Shown: positions 55,012 through 63,600 of the stretch, piece by piece | Numbering within the stretch: the stretch's first letter is position 1 | Layout: the number at the start of each line of letters is the position of its first letter | Virus record (IMG/VR): IMGVR_UViG_3300009788_000088 | Source: a virus | Length of the DNA: 64,000 bases | Direction: 5' to 3' (one strand) | Notes under the pieces: model-generated | The model's input: only the letters and a program-made list of their open reading frames with translations | Told to the model about the DNA's origin: nothing | The model's database searches: none | Translations under genes and position numbers: made by a program

Positions 55012-55410
55012 TTATTCAATTACGAAATAGGGTACTGACCCCGGAAAGACAGACCACGTTGATCTCGGCAAACAGTAACTTACCTTATCGATGGCCATGC
55101 CCAACATCATTAAGTCCTCAGCGTTGGTCTGCTGTCCCCAAAGCTTCCCTTCTTTATCAAAGGGGGCGTTGAGGAAGGTATACCCACCCCCACTCTCCTT
55201 ATGGAACTCAATGGGAAGTTGGTTAAGGAGATCAATAATATTCTCCCTCTGCTCATCAACTTTCTCTGGACTAAACCCCGCAGTCTTGACGATTCCTTCA
55301 ATGACGGTAGAGCGTTTCCATAACTCATCACGGGAAAATTCCTTTATTTCCTCATCAATCCACAAACACTTCTTAAATACTTCTGTTACATTCTCTGTGG
55401 TCAATTTCAT
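55012..55410 (-). CDS. early hypothetical phage protein
   Basis: Start MKLTTENV; LxQLP..F...GGG, W..FPG.VPY. Confidence 0.7.
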   Translation of the reverse strand: MKLTTENVTEVFKKCLWIDEEIKEFSRDELWKRSTVIEGIVKTAGFSPEKVDEQRENIIDLLNQLPIEFHKESGGGYTFLNAPFDKEGKLWGQQTNAEDLMMLGMAIDKVSYCLPRSTWSVFPGSVPYFVIE

Positions 55411-55420
55411 GATTGCCCCC

Positions 55421-55711
55421 TTAGATTTCGTAAACAACCACGTAGGCCGGGTTTGCCCACTCAACATAAAAACCCCGCTTCTCCAGATAGGCAGAAAGCG
55501 CTGGGTGGACGCCGAAATCCCAGTCACGGGGTGCCTCGTAATAATCAACCACCGACATCGGACCTTCGCCTTTGTAAGAACACCAACTCTCCCCGGTGAT
55601 CCTGACTTCATCATCAACATCAAAGGCTATCGGATACCCTTTATCATGCTCAGGAAACATCTTGTTAACAGCCTTGACTAGACTGTCTCTGGTTTTCGTG
55701 GGAAGGCTCAT
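55421..55711 (-). CDS. early hypothetical protein
   Basis: AAGGAG SD. Confidence 0.65.
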   Translation of the reverse strand: MSLPTKTRDSLVKAVNKMFPEHDKGYPIAFDVDDEVRITGESWCSYKGEGPMSVVDYYEAPRDWDFGVHPALSAYLEKRGFYVEWANPAYVVVYEI

Positions 55712-56040
55712 AGTGGGTCTCCTTTCAACCTCTTGGGGAAATTGGGACCAACTGTCACAATGTACTCTGACCAGAATTTGGAGCCGCCCCAGCCAACATG
55801 TCTCCCGAATTTGTAAACCGGGAGGCCCGTTAAACTTCGTGACTTCTTTTCCACCTTTACCCAGCCTATTCTCTCCAAGAACTTCAAAGACTTCAGGCCA
55901 CGTTTGCCAATATCATAATCTGCCCAGACGTACCGTCCACCGCAGTGAGCTATCATCAGGGGGATATGGACTTCCCACTCCAACACAGTTTTCTTTCTCA
56001 GCCGGGGAGGTGATCCGATTGTTCTCTTCCATTCTTTCAT
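55708..56040 (-). CDS. early basic hypothetical protein
   Basis: GGAG SD, coupled ORF. Confidence 0.6.
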   Translation of the reverse strand: MKEWKRTIGSPPRLRKKTVLEWEVHIPLMIAHCGGRYVWADYDIGKRGLKSLKFLERIGWVKVEKKSRSLTGLPVYKFGRHVGWGGSKFWSEYIVTVGPNFPKRLKGDPL

Positions 56041-56051
56041 AATGTCTCCGT

Positions 56052-56282
56052 TCAGTAACCTTCTATGTTAGCGGTCTTTAACAGAATCTCAACAGCTATT
56101 CGTTCCAGTGGGTTCAGCTTCTCACCCAGTGCGGCCGCTGTAATTTTCGTTTCAAGACAATCAATGGCTTCGGTGATTTCGTCCAACGGGTAGTACCCCA
56201 TATCTCCACCAACCTCCAGCTTGACAAGTGGGGCCGTTCCTCTTGGCACCAAGCTTTCTTTCAGGGCTTTTATCACGTCCAT
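56052..56282 (-). CDS. early hypothetical protein
   Basis: AAGGAGGT SD. Confidence 0.6.
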   Translation of the reverse strand: MDVIKALKESLVPRGTAPLVKLEVGGDMGYYPLDEITEAIDCLETKITAAALGEKLNPLERIAVEILLKTANIEGY

Positions 56283-56295
56283 TAGATTTACCTCC

Positions 56296-56610
56296 TTACC
56301 AACTTACGTGAATGATGTAGGTGCCGTTTTCGATGATACCCTCATCCCGAAGGAAGAGCATAATTTTTGACAGGTTGTAATTGCCTTTGAATCTTCCGGC
56401 CATCATTGCCTCAGCTATCCTGTCCGAATCCCACGGCTCCATGAGCTTCCAGTCTTCTCGGATGTGGTAGACAACGTGCATATCGTTCCGAAGCTCTTCA
56501 TCCGCAACCATCTCATACGTGATGCCCAGAGCCTTCTTAATGAGTTTATCCAATTCGTAATAATCAACCCTGAATACTGGGGCTGTTAGGGGTTTGAATA
56601 TTTTATCCAC
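56296..56610 (-). CDS. early hypothetical protein
   Basis: AGGAGG SD. Confidence 0.65.
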   Translation of the reverse strand: MDKIFKPLTAPVFRVDYYELDKLIKKALGITYEMVADEELRNDMHVVYHIREDWKLMEPWDSDRIAEAMMAGRFKGNYNLSKIMLFLRDEGIIENGTYIIHVSW

Positions 56611-56618
56611 GACGCCTC

Positions 56619-56936
56619 CTAGAAATCCTCTATCAACTTGCAGGACACGTAAAGCTCTTTCTTGGTTGCATACTTGGGCTTTACGAAATCATATGCGGCT
56701 CTGGCCATCCATGGCTTACCGGAAACCACAACCGTTCCGGTTTCAGCATCGTGGAGTTCCCAGCTTTTAATCCAGCCATGGGAATACTCACCACGCTTGA
56801 CATAGAAGTCAGAGCGGACAGCCTTGCACTCCCTACCTTCGTAGGTGATTGTCTTCAACTTCATGACAGCCTTGCCAGCCTCTTCTATTTTTTTCAGCTT
56901 TCTTGCCGCCACAACAAAAGGATTCTCTGTCATCAC
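56619..56936 (-). CDS. early hypothetical protein
   Basis: Coupled ORF. Confidence 0.6.
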   Translation of the reverse strand: MMTENPFVVAARKLKKIEEAGKAVMKLKTITYEGRECKAVRSDFYVKRGEYSHGWIKSWELHDAETGTVVVSGKPWMARAAYDFVKPKYATKKELYVSCKLIEDF

Positions 56937-57484
56937 ACTTCCTCCAGCTTCATCAGTTTTTTCAGAGTCCGTGCATAACGCTCAGTCCTTCTAACATCCT
57001 CAACCGTTATCGTCTTCATCCGAGTCAGGTCCATGTTGTGAATAAGATCATATTTCTTAACCACCTTTGCGATGGGCTCTACTGAGAACCGTTTGAAGTA
57101 ATCGTTCCAACTTTCACCGGGCCTTCGTGTCACACCGTCCACTCCATCAACCACATCCGCCGAGAAAATTTTCGCTAAATCCTCCAAAGTGGTCTCCGTA
57201 TCCTCAACAACATCATGAAGAAGAGCAACCGCAAGCATCTCATCTGACACAAAATTTGTCTCATATTCCAACATCAAGTTGGCCACTGCGGTGGGGTGTT
57301 TCCAGTATGGAACGTCAGATTTGTCAAGCACCCCAGCGTGAGCTATCATCATCAGCCTCTCCGCCTTTAGGACAACCTCTCCGGCCTTGTGGCCACCACC
57401 CATGGCGACCAGCCGCTTGGCCTCTGAGAAGGAAACTACCGCTCCCGTCTCAAATAGTGTTTTTATTAGAATATCATTTCTCAT
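56933..57484 (-). CDS. SpoT/Mesh1-like HD hydrolase (small alarmone hydrolase candidate)
   Basis: AH...PY..HP, ALLHDVVEDT, VK..D..HN motifs. Confidence 0.8.
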   Translation of the reverse strand: MRNDILIKTLFETGAVVSFSEAKRLVAMGGGHKAGEVVLKAERLMMIAHAGVLDKSDVPYWKHPTAVANLMLEYETNFVSDEMLAVALLHDVVEDTETTLEDLAKIFSADVVDGVDGVTRRPGESWNDYFKRFSVEPIAKVVKKYDLIHNMDLTRMKTITVEDVRRTERYARTLKKLMKLEEV

Positions 57485-57500
57485 TACTACCTCCACCTAT

Positions 57501-57529
57501 AATATAACCTTTTTAATGGAGTGTGTCAA
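57501..57529 (-). promoter_or_regulatory. early promoter TTGACA-17-TATATT-ATAGGTG
   Basis: Repeated consensus followed by GGAGGT SD. Confidence 0.85.
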
Positions 57530-57537
57530 GAAAATAC

Positions 57538-57924
57538 TTACAGTTCTATGAAGCCAAGAATATCTACGATGTGAGCTACACCATCTACAACAATTACATC
57601 ACCAACACTCATGGATGTGTGACTAGTACCAGCACTCCTGATGATGTATCTGGCTTCACCCCATGGGCTCCAAATATGGCCCTGCATGTTCATAAAGACG
57701 TTCTCCAAAGTCAGATCAACCTCACCCAGCTTGGCGTGTGTTTCTTCCAGTGTTTCAAGAGTGGGAAGTAGACCCCGCCTTTTTAAACCAGACAGATCAC
57801 GGAGAGCCTTAAAAAAGAACTCAGTTTTAGCGAACCATATCTCGGTGGTCCCCGGCTCCAAGTTAGGAGCATCTGTAAGTTCCTTGTATGCTTTTACGCC
57901 TTTTGGTAAGGGTGCCAGTGCCAT
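57538..57924 (-). CDS. YodL-like protein
   Basis: LExVF...HTSMSVGDVIV motif. Confidence 0.6.
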   Translation of the reverse strand: MALAPLPKGVKAYKELTDAPNLEPGTTEIWFAKTEFFFKALRDLSGLKRRGLLPTLETLEETHAKLGEVDLTLENVFMNMQGHIWSPWGEARYIIRSAGTSHTSMSVGDVIVVDGVAHIVDILGFIEL

Positions 57925-57935
57925 GACTATCTCCT

Positions 57936-58178
57936 TTATAGTTTATCGATTGCTTTGGCGGCGGCCTCTGCGGAACCAAAGGTTCTAATCTTTCCGGTCT
58001 CATTCCGAAGAACCTTATTGGACAGAAAGACTGCCCAAGGTCGTGTGGTGTTAGGATTGTAGTTTATTCCCCAACCACCTTTTGACCGCATAATTTTAGC
58101 GGAACCGTAAGAGTAACTTCTTACCCAACGACGATTCCTCATTCCGGCCAAGTCCAAAACTTCTAGGGTCTTTTTCAT
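57936..58178 (-). CDS. early hypothetical protein
   Basis: Coupled ORF. Confidence 0.55.
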   Translation of the reverse strand: MKKTLEVLDLAGMRNRRWVRSYSYGSAKIMRSKGGWGINYNPNTTRPWAVFLSNKVLRNETGKIRTFGSAEAAAKAIDKL

Positions 58179-58471
58179 ATCAGATCACCTCTTTCATCTA
58201 TCACACCATCCACAACCAGTTTATCGAAAGCTTTGTCACAGGCTCTACACTCACCACTGTATCCACCACCAATACGATAATCAAGAAGTTCTGTGTCTGG
58301 GTTTGGAACCCGCTTGCCACACAGGGTCTTTTTTGGAGTTTTTGACCAGTCTCCCCACGTTTCCCCCGTGGCGTCAAAAGCGTGTCCTATTGTCCAACGG
58401 CCATGAACCGTCTTCCTACGTTTCCGGTAGGGAGCCGATATCCAAGAAACACCTTTAATCAGAGTCTTCAT
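58175..58471 (-). CDS. early Zn-binding hypothetical protein
   Basis: H...TLCG...CxxC. Confidence 0.6.
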   Translation of the reverse strand: MKTLIKGVSWISAPYRKRRKTVHGRWTIGHAFDATGETWGDWSKTPKKTLCGKRVPNPDTELLDYRIGGGYSGECRACDKAFDKLVVDGVIDERGDLI

Positions 58472-58686
58472 CCGTGATACCTCTTTGAGTACGTTGTAAC
58501 CTCAACAAAAACTATTCTACCCAAGTTATCCCGAAGGATGGCCATATTCTCTCTTAACCACTTATCCAGTTCACAATCCCACCTCTTACAGAAGTTGGTG
58601 ATGGTTCGTTTGACACCGCCCGGAGAGACTATTTTTCTTTCCAGAACATTATCGTTACCATCTATGAACAAGATCAGCTTCATCAC
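58468..58686 (-). CDS. early hypothetical protein
   Basis: GAGGT SD. Confidence 0.55.
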   Translation of the reverse strand: MMKLILFIDGNDNVLERKIVSPGGVKRTITNFCKRWDCELDKWLRENMAILRDNLGRIVFVEVTTYSKRYHG

Positions 58687-58801
58687 AACCTCACCAACAC
58701 TATGAGCGATACAGGTTCCGTGGAAAACAGTAACCTCAGAGCAGTCCGAGGACCAAACGTTCTGAGAACCAAAATCACGTGTCGTCTTGTTATCACGCCT
58801 A

Positions 58802-59032
58802 TCATGTCAGTTCCTCTATTGTTACGTCTGTCAACCAAGTAACAAAGCTGATGACAATTTTGCCTTTATTGAAAGACCCCAAGTTATCTTCGCTCAAGGT
58901 GTACCATCGAACAGTGCCAGTGCCGGGGTGTTTGTAAAGATACCATTTTCGGCGGCCCCTGACTGTTTCGGTCATTACATACTCACGGGGCTCTCCGAAG
59001 GGGTGGTAGTTACCTTTTACCAAGACTTTCAT
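58802..59032 (-). CDS. early hypothetical protein
   Basis: Coupled ORF. Confidence 0.55.
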   Translation of the reverse strand: MKVLVKGNYHPFGEPREYVMTETVRGRRKWYLYKHPGTGTVRWYTLSEDNLGSFNKGKIVISFVTWLTDVTIEELT

Positions 59033-59184
59033 TTCTCAAGTTCCTTCAAGCATTTGAAGCATACATCGTACTCACTGTAGACGGCCAACTTCCTGTCTTC
59101 CCATTTGTAAGCTCTTTTGAATTTCTTTCTTCCACAGAGAGCCGCTGTTTTGTCTTTCTTAACTATGTGAAGAACAGTTCCCAT
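59029..59184 (-). CDS. early small Zn-binding protein (51 aa)
   Basis: Read manually; H...ALCG...CFKC; first ORF after promoter. Confidence 0.6.
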   Translation of the reverse strand: MGTVLHIVKKDKTAALCGRKKFKRAYKWEDRKLAVYSEYDVCFKCLKELEK

Positions 59185-59203
59185 GAATACTACCTCCACC
59201 TAT

Positions 59204-59232
59204 AATATAACCTTTTTAGATGAAGATGTCAA
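59204..59232 (-). promoter_or_regulatory. early promoter TTGACA-17-TATATT
   Basis: Repeated consensus. Confidence 0.85.
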
Positions 59233-59237
59233 CTATA

Positions 59238-59375
59238 TTAGTTAGATTTTTCGGGTGGCGGTACAGGCGGCAACGGGGGTGGTGCATAGACCGGAATCCG
59301 TGTGGATTCGTAGGCGGCTTCTTCTCTTTTGCGCTTTTCTTCTAATGCTATCAATAGTGCGATATTCAATTTCAT
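59238..59375 (-). CDS. early small Pro-rich protein (45 aa)
   Basis: Read manually; own promoter and GGAGGT SD. Confidence 0.6.
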   Translation of the reverse strand: MKLNIALLIALEEKRKREEAAYESTRIPVYAPPPLPPVPPPEKSN

Positions 59376-59391
59376 GACTACCTCCATCTAT

Positions 59392-59420
59392 AATATAACT
59401 ATTATTCGCAACAATGTCAA
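59392..59420 (-). promoter_or_regulatory. early promoter TTGACA-17-TATATT
   Basis: Repeated consensus. Confidence 0.85.
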
Positions 59421-59643
59421 GGAAAAACAACATAAAATTTTCTGACATTTTTGAATAGAAGGGAGCCGGAGATTTTGTCTCCGGCTAGGGGGTGGGAAAG
59501 GGGAACTTGTGTGGGTGGGTCGGGTCGGGACTGGGGGCAGAGGAAAGATTACGCCACAGACGCTAGAAGTGCCGCCTTCACTTCAGCCCGTTTCGTGGCA
59601 AAGGAAAGGAATGTTAAAACCAGTTTCAGCATGACTATCTCCT

Positions 59644-59763
59644 TTAGACAGCCCAGCCTTTGGCCGGGGCAGGGGTAAAAAGTTTTTCGAAAGCGGTAAA
59701 AATAAATCCTGCTGGCTTCCAAAAGAAGAACTCTCCGAAACGGTCAACCCAACAATCTTTCAT
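59644..59763 (-). CDS. early small aromatic-rich peptide (39 aa)
   Basis: Read manually; AAGGAG SD after promoter. Confidence 0.45.
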   Translation of the reverse strand: MKDCWVDRFGEFFFWKPAGFIFTAFEKLFTPAPAKGWAV

Positions 59764-59797
59764 CTTTGTTTTTCTCCTTTCATCTCTCTTCATCTAT

Positions 59798-59826
59798 AAT
59801 ATAACCATTTTTGCCTTCTGTGTCAA
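59798..59826 (-). promoter_or_regulatory. early promoter TTGACA-17-TATATT
   Basis: Repeated consensus. Confidence 0.85.
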
Positions 59827-59850
59827 GTAAAATACATATAAAACTTTCTT

Positions 59851-59879
59851 ATAACAAAATTTAGTTCTTATGGTAATAT
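59851..59879 (+). promoter_or_regulatory. putative middle promoter ATAACA-17-TAATAT
   Basis: Upstream of rnh/gp41 operon. Confidence 0.6.
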
Positions 59880-59901
59880 GACTAAACATTGGAGGATTGG
59901 T

Positions 59902-60120
59902 ATGAGATGTTTAGAAAGAGTTAAAGAAGTGAAAAAATATCTACAAGGTCGTGAGATGAATACGCACGATTTAACCCTGTATTGGGGGCTCATGGCGGAG
60001 ATTGAACATATGGCTGAACATATTCAGTTATTAAAGGAAATAGCTGAAGAGGGGGTAATGTTAGATTCAAACAAAGTAAACGACACTTATGCCCATATAT
60101 TGGAAGGAGCACACTCATGA
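59902..60120 (+). CDS. hypothetical protein
   Basis: GGAGG SD before MRCLER. Confidence 0.55.
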   Translation: MRCLERVKEVKKYLQGREMNTHDLTLYWGLMAEIEHMAEHIQLLKEIAEEGVMLDSNKVNDTYAHILEGAHS

Positions 60121-61028
60121 TGAAAGCACCGCCGCCCAAAACGTTTGACATTGGGGTGTGGGATTTATCTCATTTGTTCCATCGTATTGTTCACGAGAAC
60201 GTGCCAGACCTTGAGGATAATGGGTACACGAACTTCGCCCTGCTCCGACATCAGATGTTGATGAGCATTATAGCTGGCCGAAAAAATCACGGCGTGAAAA
60301 AGATAGTTCTTGCCTGTGACTCTATGTCCGGTTACTGGAGAGCAAAGGAATACCCGCATTACAAGGGGTATCGTGCTATCAAGAGGAAAGAGAGTCCTAT
60401 CCCGTGGAAATTAGTCAATAACTTCTTCAAGGAGTTCAAGCAGGAGATTCGAAAAAACTTCCCGTGGAGGATAATTGAAATTCCACAAGCTGAGGCGGAT
60501 GATGTTATCGCTACTATCTGTATCCGCTGGGGTATTGAAAAGAATATCCTTATCGTGGGGTCTGATAAAGATTTCATTCAGCTTCATCGTTACGCCGGGG
60601 TGTACCAGTATGATCCCATCAAACGGGAGTATCTATTGGACAACGATCCGGAAGTTGAGCTTCAGAAGAAGATTCTCCAAGGGGAATCCAAGGATGGGGA
60701 TGGTATCGGGAATGTGTTGATGTCTATGGATGATTGCCATAATTGGCTTTTTAAAGAAGTCCGCAAAAAGCCGTTCGGAGACAAGGCGTCTGACAAGGTG
60801 TTGGTTCAAGGCGTCCCGGAGTGGTTGAAGGAACAGGGAGAGGAAGTTCAGGAGAACTATGAGCGGAACAAAAAGCTGGTAGACCTCCGTTATGTTCCGG
60901 AAGAATTGATGAGAGAAGTTTTATTATCTTTCCGCACAGAAGTTGGTAACAAAGATAGTATGGCTCTGTTAGAATACTTGGGTAGGTCCAAACTTCGTGT
61001 GGTTGCTGAGAACATAGCGTTCATTTAA
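60117..61028 (+). CDS. rnh: T4-type RNase H (5' nuclease)
   Basis: YWR, YKxxR, EADDxIA, SDKDFxQL, DGIxN. Confidence 0.93.
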   Translation: MMKAPPPKTFDIGVWDLSHLFHRIVHENVPDLEDNGYTNFALLRHQMLMSIIAGRKNHGVKKIVLACDSMSGYWRAKEYPHYKGYRAIKRKESPIPWKLVNNFFKEFKQEIRKNFPWRIIEIPQAEADDVIATICIRWGIEKNILIVGSDKDFIQLHRYAGVYQYDPIKREYLLDNDPEVELQKKILQGESKDGDGIGNVLMSMDDCHNWLFKEVRKKPFGDKASDKVLVQGVPEWLKEQGEEVQENYERNKKLVDLRYVPEELMREVLLSFRTEVGNKDSMALLEYLGRSKLRVVAENIAFI

Positions 61029-61043
61029 ACAATTAGGAGTGGG

Positions 61044-62462
61044 ATGGAAAATTTAATCGTTCATGCGGTGGTCGCTGATCCAGCGTTCGCTAGAAGGGTA
61101 TTGCCTCACCTACCGCATACAGCATTTGACAAAATTGAGAATCAGGAACTGTATCTCATCATCAAGGATTATTATATTCAGTATGAGAAACTTCCTACGT
61201 GGGAAGTCCTGAAACTTGAGGTAGAACAAAAATGGAAAGGTGACGATACCAAGAAGAATTTGTCCATTGCCGTGCTGGAACATATTCAAGATATTCATAC
61301 CCAGACAATCCCTGATTACGATTTAGAATGGCTCGTTGACAAGACAGAGGCTTGGGCCAAAAATCAAATCCTATTCAATTCCATGATTCAAAGTGTTCGT
61401 ATTATCAAAGGTGAAGAGAAAGGTGACCGTTCCGGTATTCCTTCTATAATTCAAAAGTCCTTGGGTTTTGAGTTCGATACAAGTATTGGGCATAACTATT
61501 TAGAGGACTGTGGGGAACGGTTTTATGATTACCAAAACAAAGAAGATCGTCTCCCATTCGGGATGAAGTATTTCGATCTTACTACTAACGGTGGTATCCC
61601 CTTAAAAACTATGTGGCTCTGGGTAGCTGATACGGGTGTGGGCAAAACTCTTACAATGTGTCACTTTGCGGCTCATTGGTTTAACGCTGGATACAATGTT
61701 CTGTATGTGACAGCGGAAATGCCAGAGAGGTGGATTGCTCGGAGGATGGACGCTAACCTCATGCGGATGAATATTAACCATTTGGAAGGTGTTGAGAAAA
61801 GTAAATACTTTGGTAACATGAAAGCTTTGTACGAAGATGTTCATCAAAGGTACGGCAATTACATGTACATCAAGGAGTATCCAACATCCAGTGCTAGTGC
61901 TGGGGATGTTAGAATTTTGCTTTCTGAATTGGAGATGAAGAAAGGATTTAAGCCGGATGTGGTGATGGCTGATTATCTTGGCAACTTTAACCCTGATCGG
62001 ACCTACTTACAAGGTGAGGGTGGATATAGCCGGGGCAAAGCTGTAGCGGAAGAATTCCGGGGATTGGGTGGAGAGTTCAATACCCGTATCATGACAGCCC
62101 ATCAGCTTAATCGGGAAGGTGGCCGGATATCTGATCCCGGTAAGGAACACCTTGCGGATTCATATGCTATCGTTCAGACAGCGGATGCCGCTTGTTTCCT
62201 TATTTACCCCAAGAAAAATCCAGTGGAGAAGATGAACAGATATTACGTCAAGATGGAGAAGAATAGGTTCAACAGTAGATCAGAATACCCTGAATTCAAG
62301 ATAGGCGTGGACTATCCAGAGATGAGGTTGTATGATGTTGACGATGCCACCTCTGAGGATACTAACGCTATGAGGTTTAATAAAGCCCCAGATTTTGAGG
62401 GTCATGTGGACGGTGACCCCCTCAAAACTCTTTTCACTAATACCCCCGCCGACAAAAGTTAA
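61044..62462 (+). CDS. 41: replicative helicase gp41
   Basis: TGVGKT, EM, KEYPT, DYL, AEExRG, QLNR, KNR. Confidence 0.95.
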   Translation: MENLIVHAVVADPAFARRVLPHLPHTAFDKIENQELYLIIKDYYIQYEKLPTWEVLKLEVEQKWKGDDTKKNLSIAVLEHIQDIHTQTIPDYDLEWLVDKTEAWAKNQILFNSMIQSVRIIKGEEKGDRSGIPSIIQKSLGFEFDTSIGHNYLEDCGERFYDYQNKEDRLPFGMKYFDLTTNGGIPLKTMWLWVADTGVGKTLTMCHFAAHWFNAGYNVLYVTAEMPERWIARRMDANLMRMNINHLEGVEKSKYFGNMKALYEDVHQRYGNYMYIKEYPTSSASAGDVRILLSELEMKKGFKPDVVMADYLGNFNPDRTYLQGEGGYSRGKAVAEEFRGLGGEFNTRIMTAHQLNREGGRISDPGKEHLADSYAIVQTADAACFLIYPKKNPVEKMNRYYVKMEKNRFNSRSEYPEFKIGVDYPEMRLYDVDDATSEDTNAMRFNKAPDFEGHVDGDPLKTLFTNTPADKS

Positions 62463-62506
62463 CATGTATTAATTACTCCACTCCGATTGATACATGTTAA
62501 TTTCAT

Positions 62507-62534
62507 AAGGCCCCCAATTCGGGGGCCTTTTCTT
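62507..62534 (+). terminator. intrinsic terminator
   Basis: AAGGCCCCC/GGGGGCCTT stem plus T run. Confidence 0.8.
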
Positions 62535-62542
62535 TATAAATA
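62535..62542 (+). promoter_or_regulatory. late promoter TATAAATACTTAAAA
   Basis: Consensus. Confidence 0.85.
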
Positions 62543-62564
62543 CTTAAAATCAAGGAGGAAATGA

Positions 62565-63581
62565 ATGAGCGAAATCTTAAAGGATTTCAACGGATTCTTC
62601 TCCGGTGTTGTTGAGGATAATAATGATCCCCTCAAAATGGGCCGTTGTCGTATTCGTGTGTTGGGAATCCATACCTCATTAAAACAACATGGAGATACAG
62701 AAGGTATACCAACAAATCATCTCCCGTGGGCTGAGCAAGCTTCTCCAATTCCTCTAAATTCTGGTTGGGGACTTTCATCAATCCCCGAACAAGGAACGTG
62801 GGTATGGGTCTTTTTTGATGGAGCAGACCCGTGGAAGCCCGTGTATTTCGCTGGACGGCCGGGTATTAATAATGCCCCAATCAACACGGCTGAAGGCTTT
62901 ACAGACCCAGACGGCGAATTTCCAACACCGGAGTACAATGGGGAAAGTGATGTCAACAAGTTAGCCCGTGGTGAAGTAGTTGGCCGAATGGTGGTTCATA
63001 CCGAACCTGAGACTGAGGCCGCCCCAGAATATCCGAACAATCATGTTTTACAAATTGGCAATCACATTGTAGAGATTGATAACACCAATGGCAAGGAACG
63101 GATTCGTATTAAACATATGTCGGGGACGGAGACAGAGATATTCCCAGATGGTCGTAAAGTAGACCTTATTATTGGAAATAACTATCGTATCGTGAAAGAT
63201 GGAGAAATCGTTTACGTTCAAGCTGACAAGGACGTTACAATTCAAGGGAGTCACAAAGAGGACATTGCTGGGGATGAAACAAGAAGCATCCAAGGGAATC
63301 GCAAGGAGAACATTGGGGGCACTCTTGTAATTGAGGTGTCTGGCAACGCTACCATTAAAGCTCCTACGGTGACGTTAGATGGAGATGCTGTTGTGACTGG
63401 CAAGTTGGATGTAGCTAAGAACGCTACCGTTGGTGGCACTATGGCAATAACCAAATCTATGACAGCGGATGGTGGGAAAACGAAAGCAAGTGGTGGTAAT
63501 CTGGAAGTCTCTGGCACGTTGAAAGCCGCACGTGGGGATCATGGACACCCACATAGTGATATCGACGGCCATTCGCACTAA
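62565..63581 (+). CDS. 5: baseplate central spike gp5 (no lysozyme domain)
   Basis: GVVEDxxDPLxxGRxRxR OB fold, YPxN, VxG beta-helix repeats, His-rich tip. Confidence 0.92.
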   Translation: MSEILKDFNGFFSGVVEDNNDPLKMGRCRIRVLGIHTSLKQHGDTEGIPTNHLPWAEQASPIPLNSGWGLSSIPEQGTWVWVFFDGADPWKPVYFAGRPGINNAPINTAEGFTDPDGEFPTPEYNGESDVNKLARGEVVGRMVVHTEPETEAAPEYPNNHVLQIGNHIVEIDNTNGKERIRIKHMSGTETEIFPDGRKVDLIIGNNYRIVKDGEIVYVQADKDVTIQGSHKEDIAGDETRSIQGNRKENIGGTLVIEVSGNATIKAPTVTLDGDAVVTGKLDVAKNATVGGTMAITKSMTADGGKTKASGGNLEVSGTLKAARGDHGHPHSDIDGHSH

Positions 63582-63600
63582 ATACTTATAGGTAATAAAT

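Noticed and set aside
8610-62500. Isolated AT-rich hairpins (8610-8649, 16472-16494, 18425-18462, 62459-62500)
   Set aside because: No shared sequence; most simply processing or stability stems beside tRNAs or gene ends.
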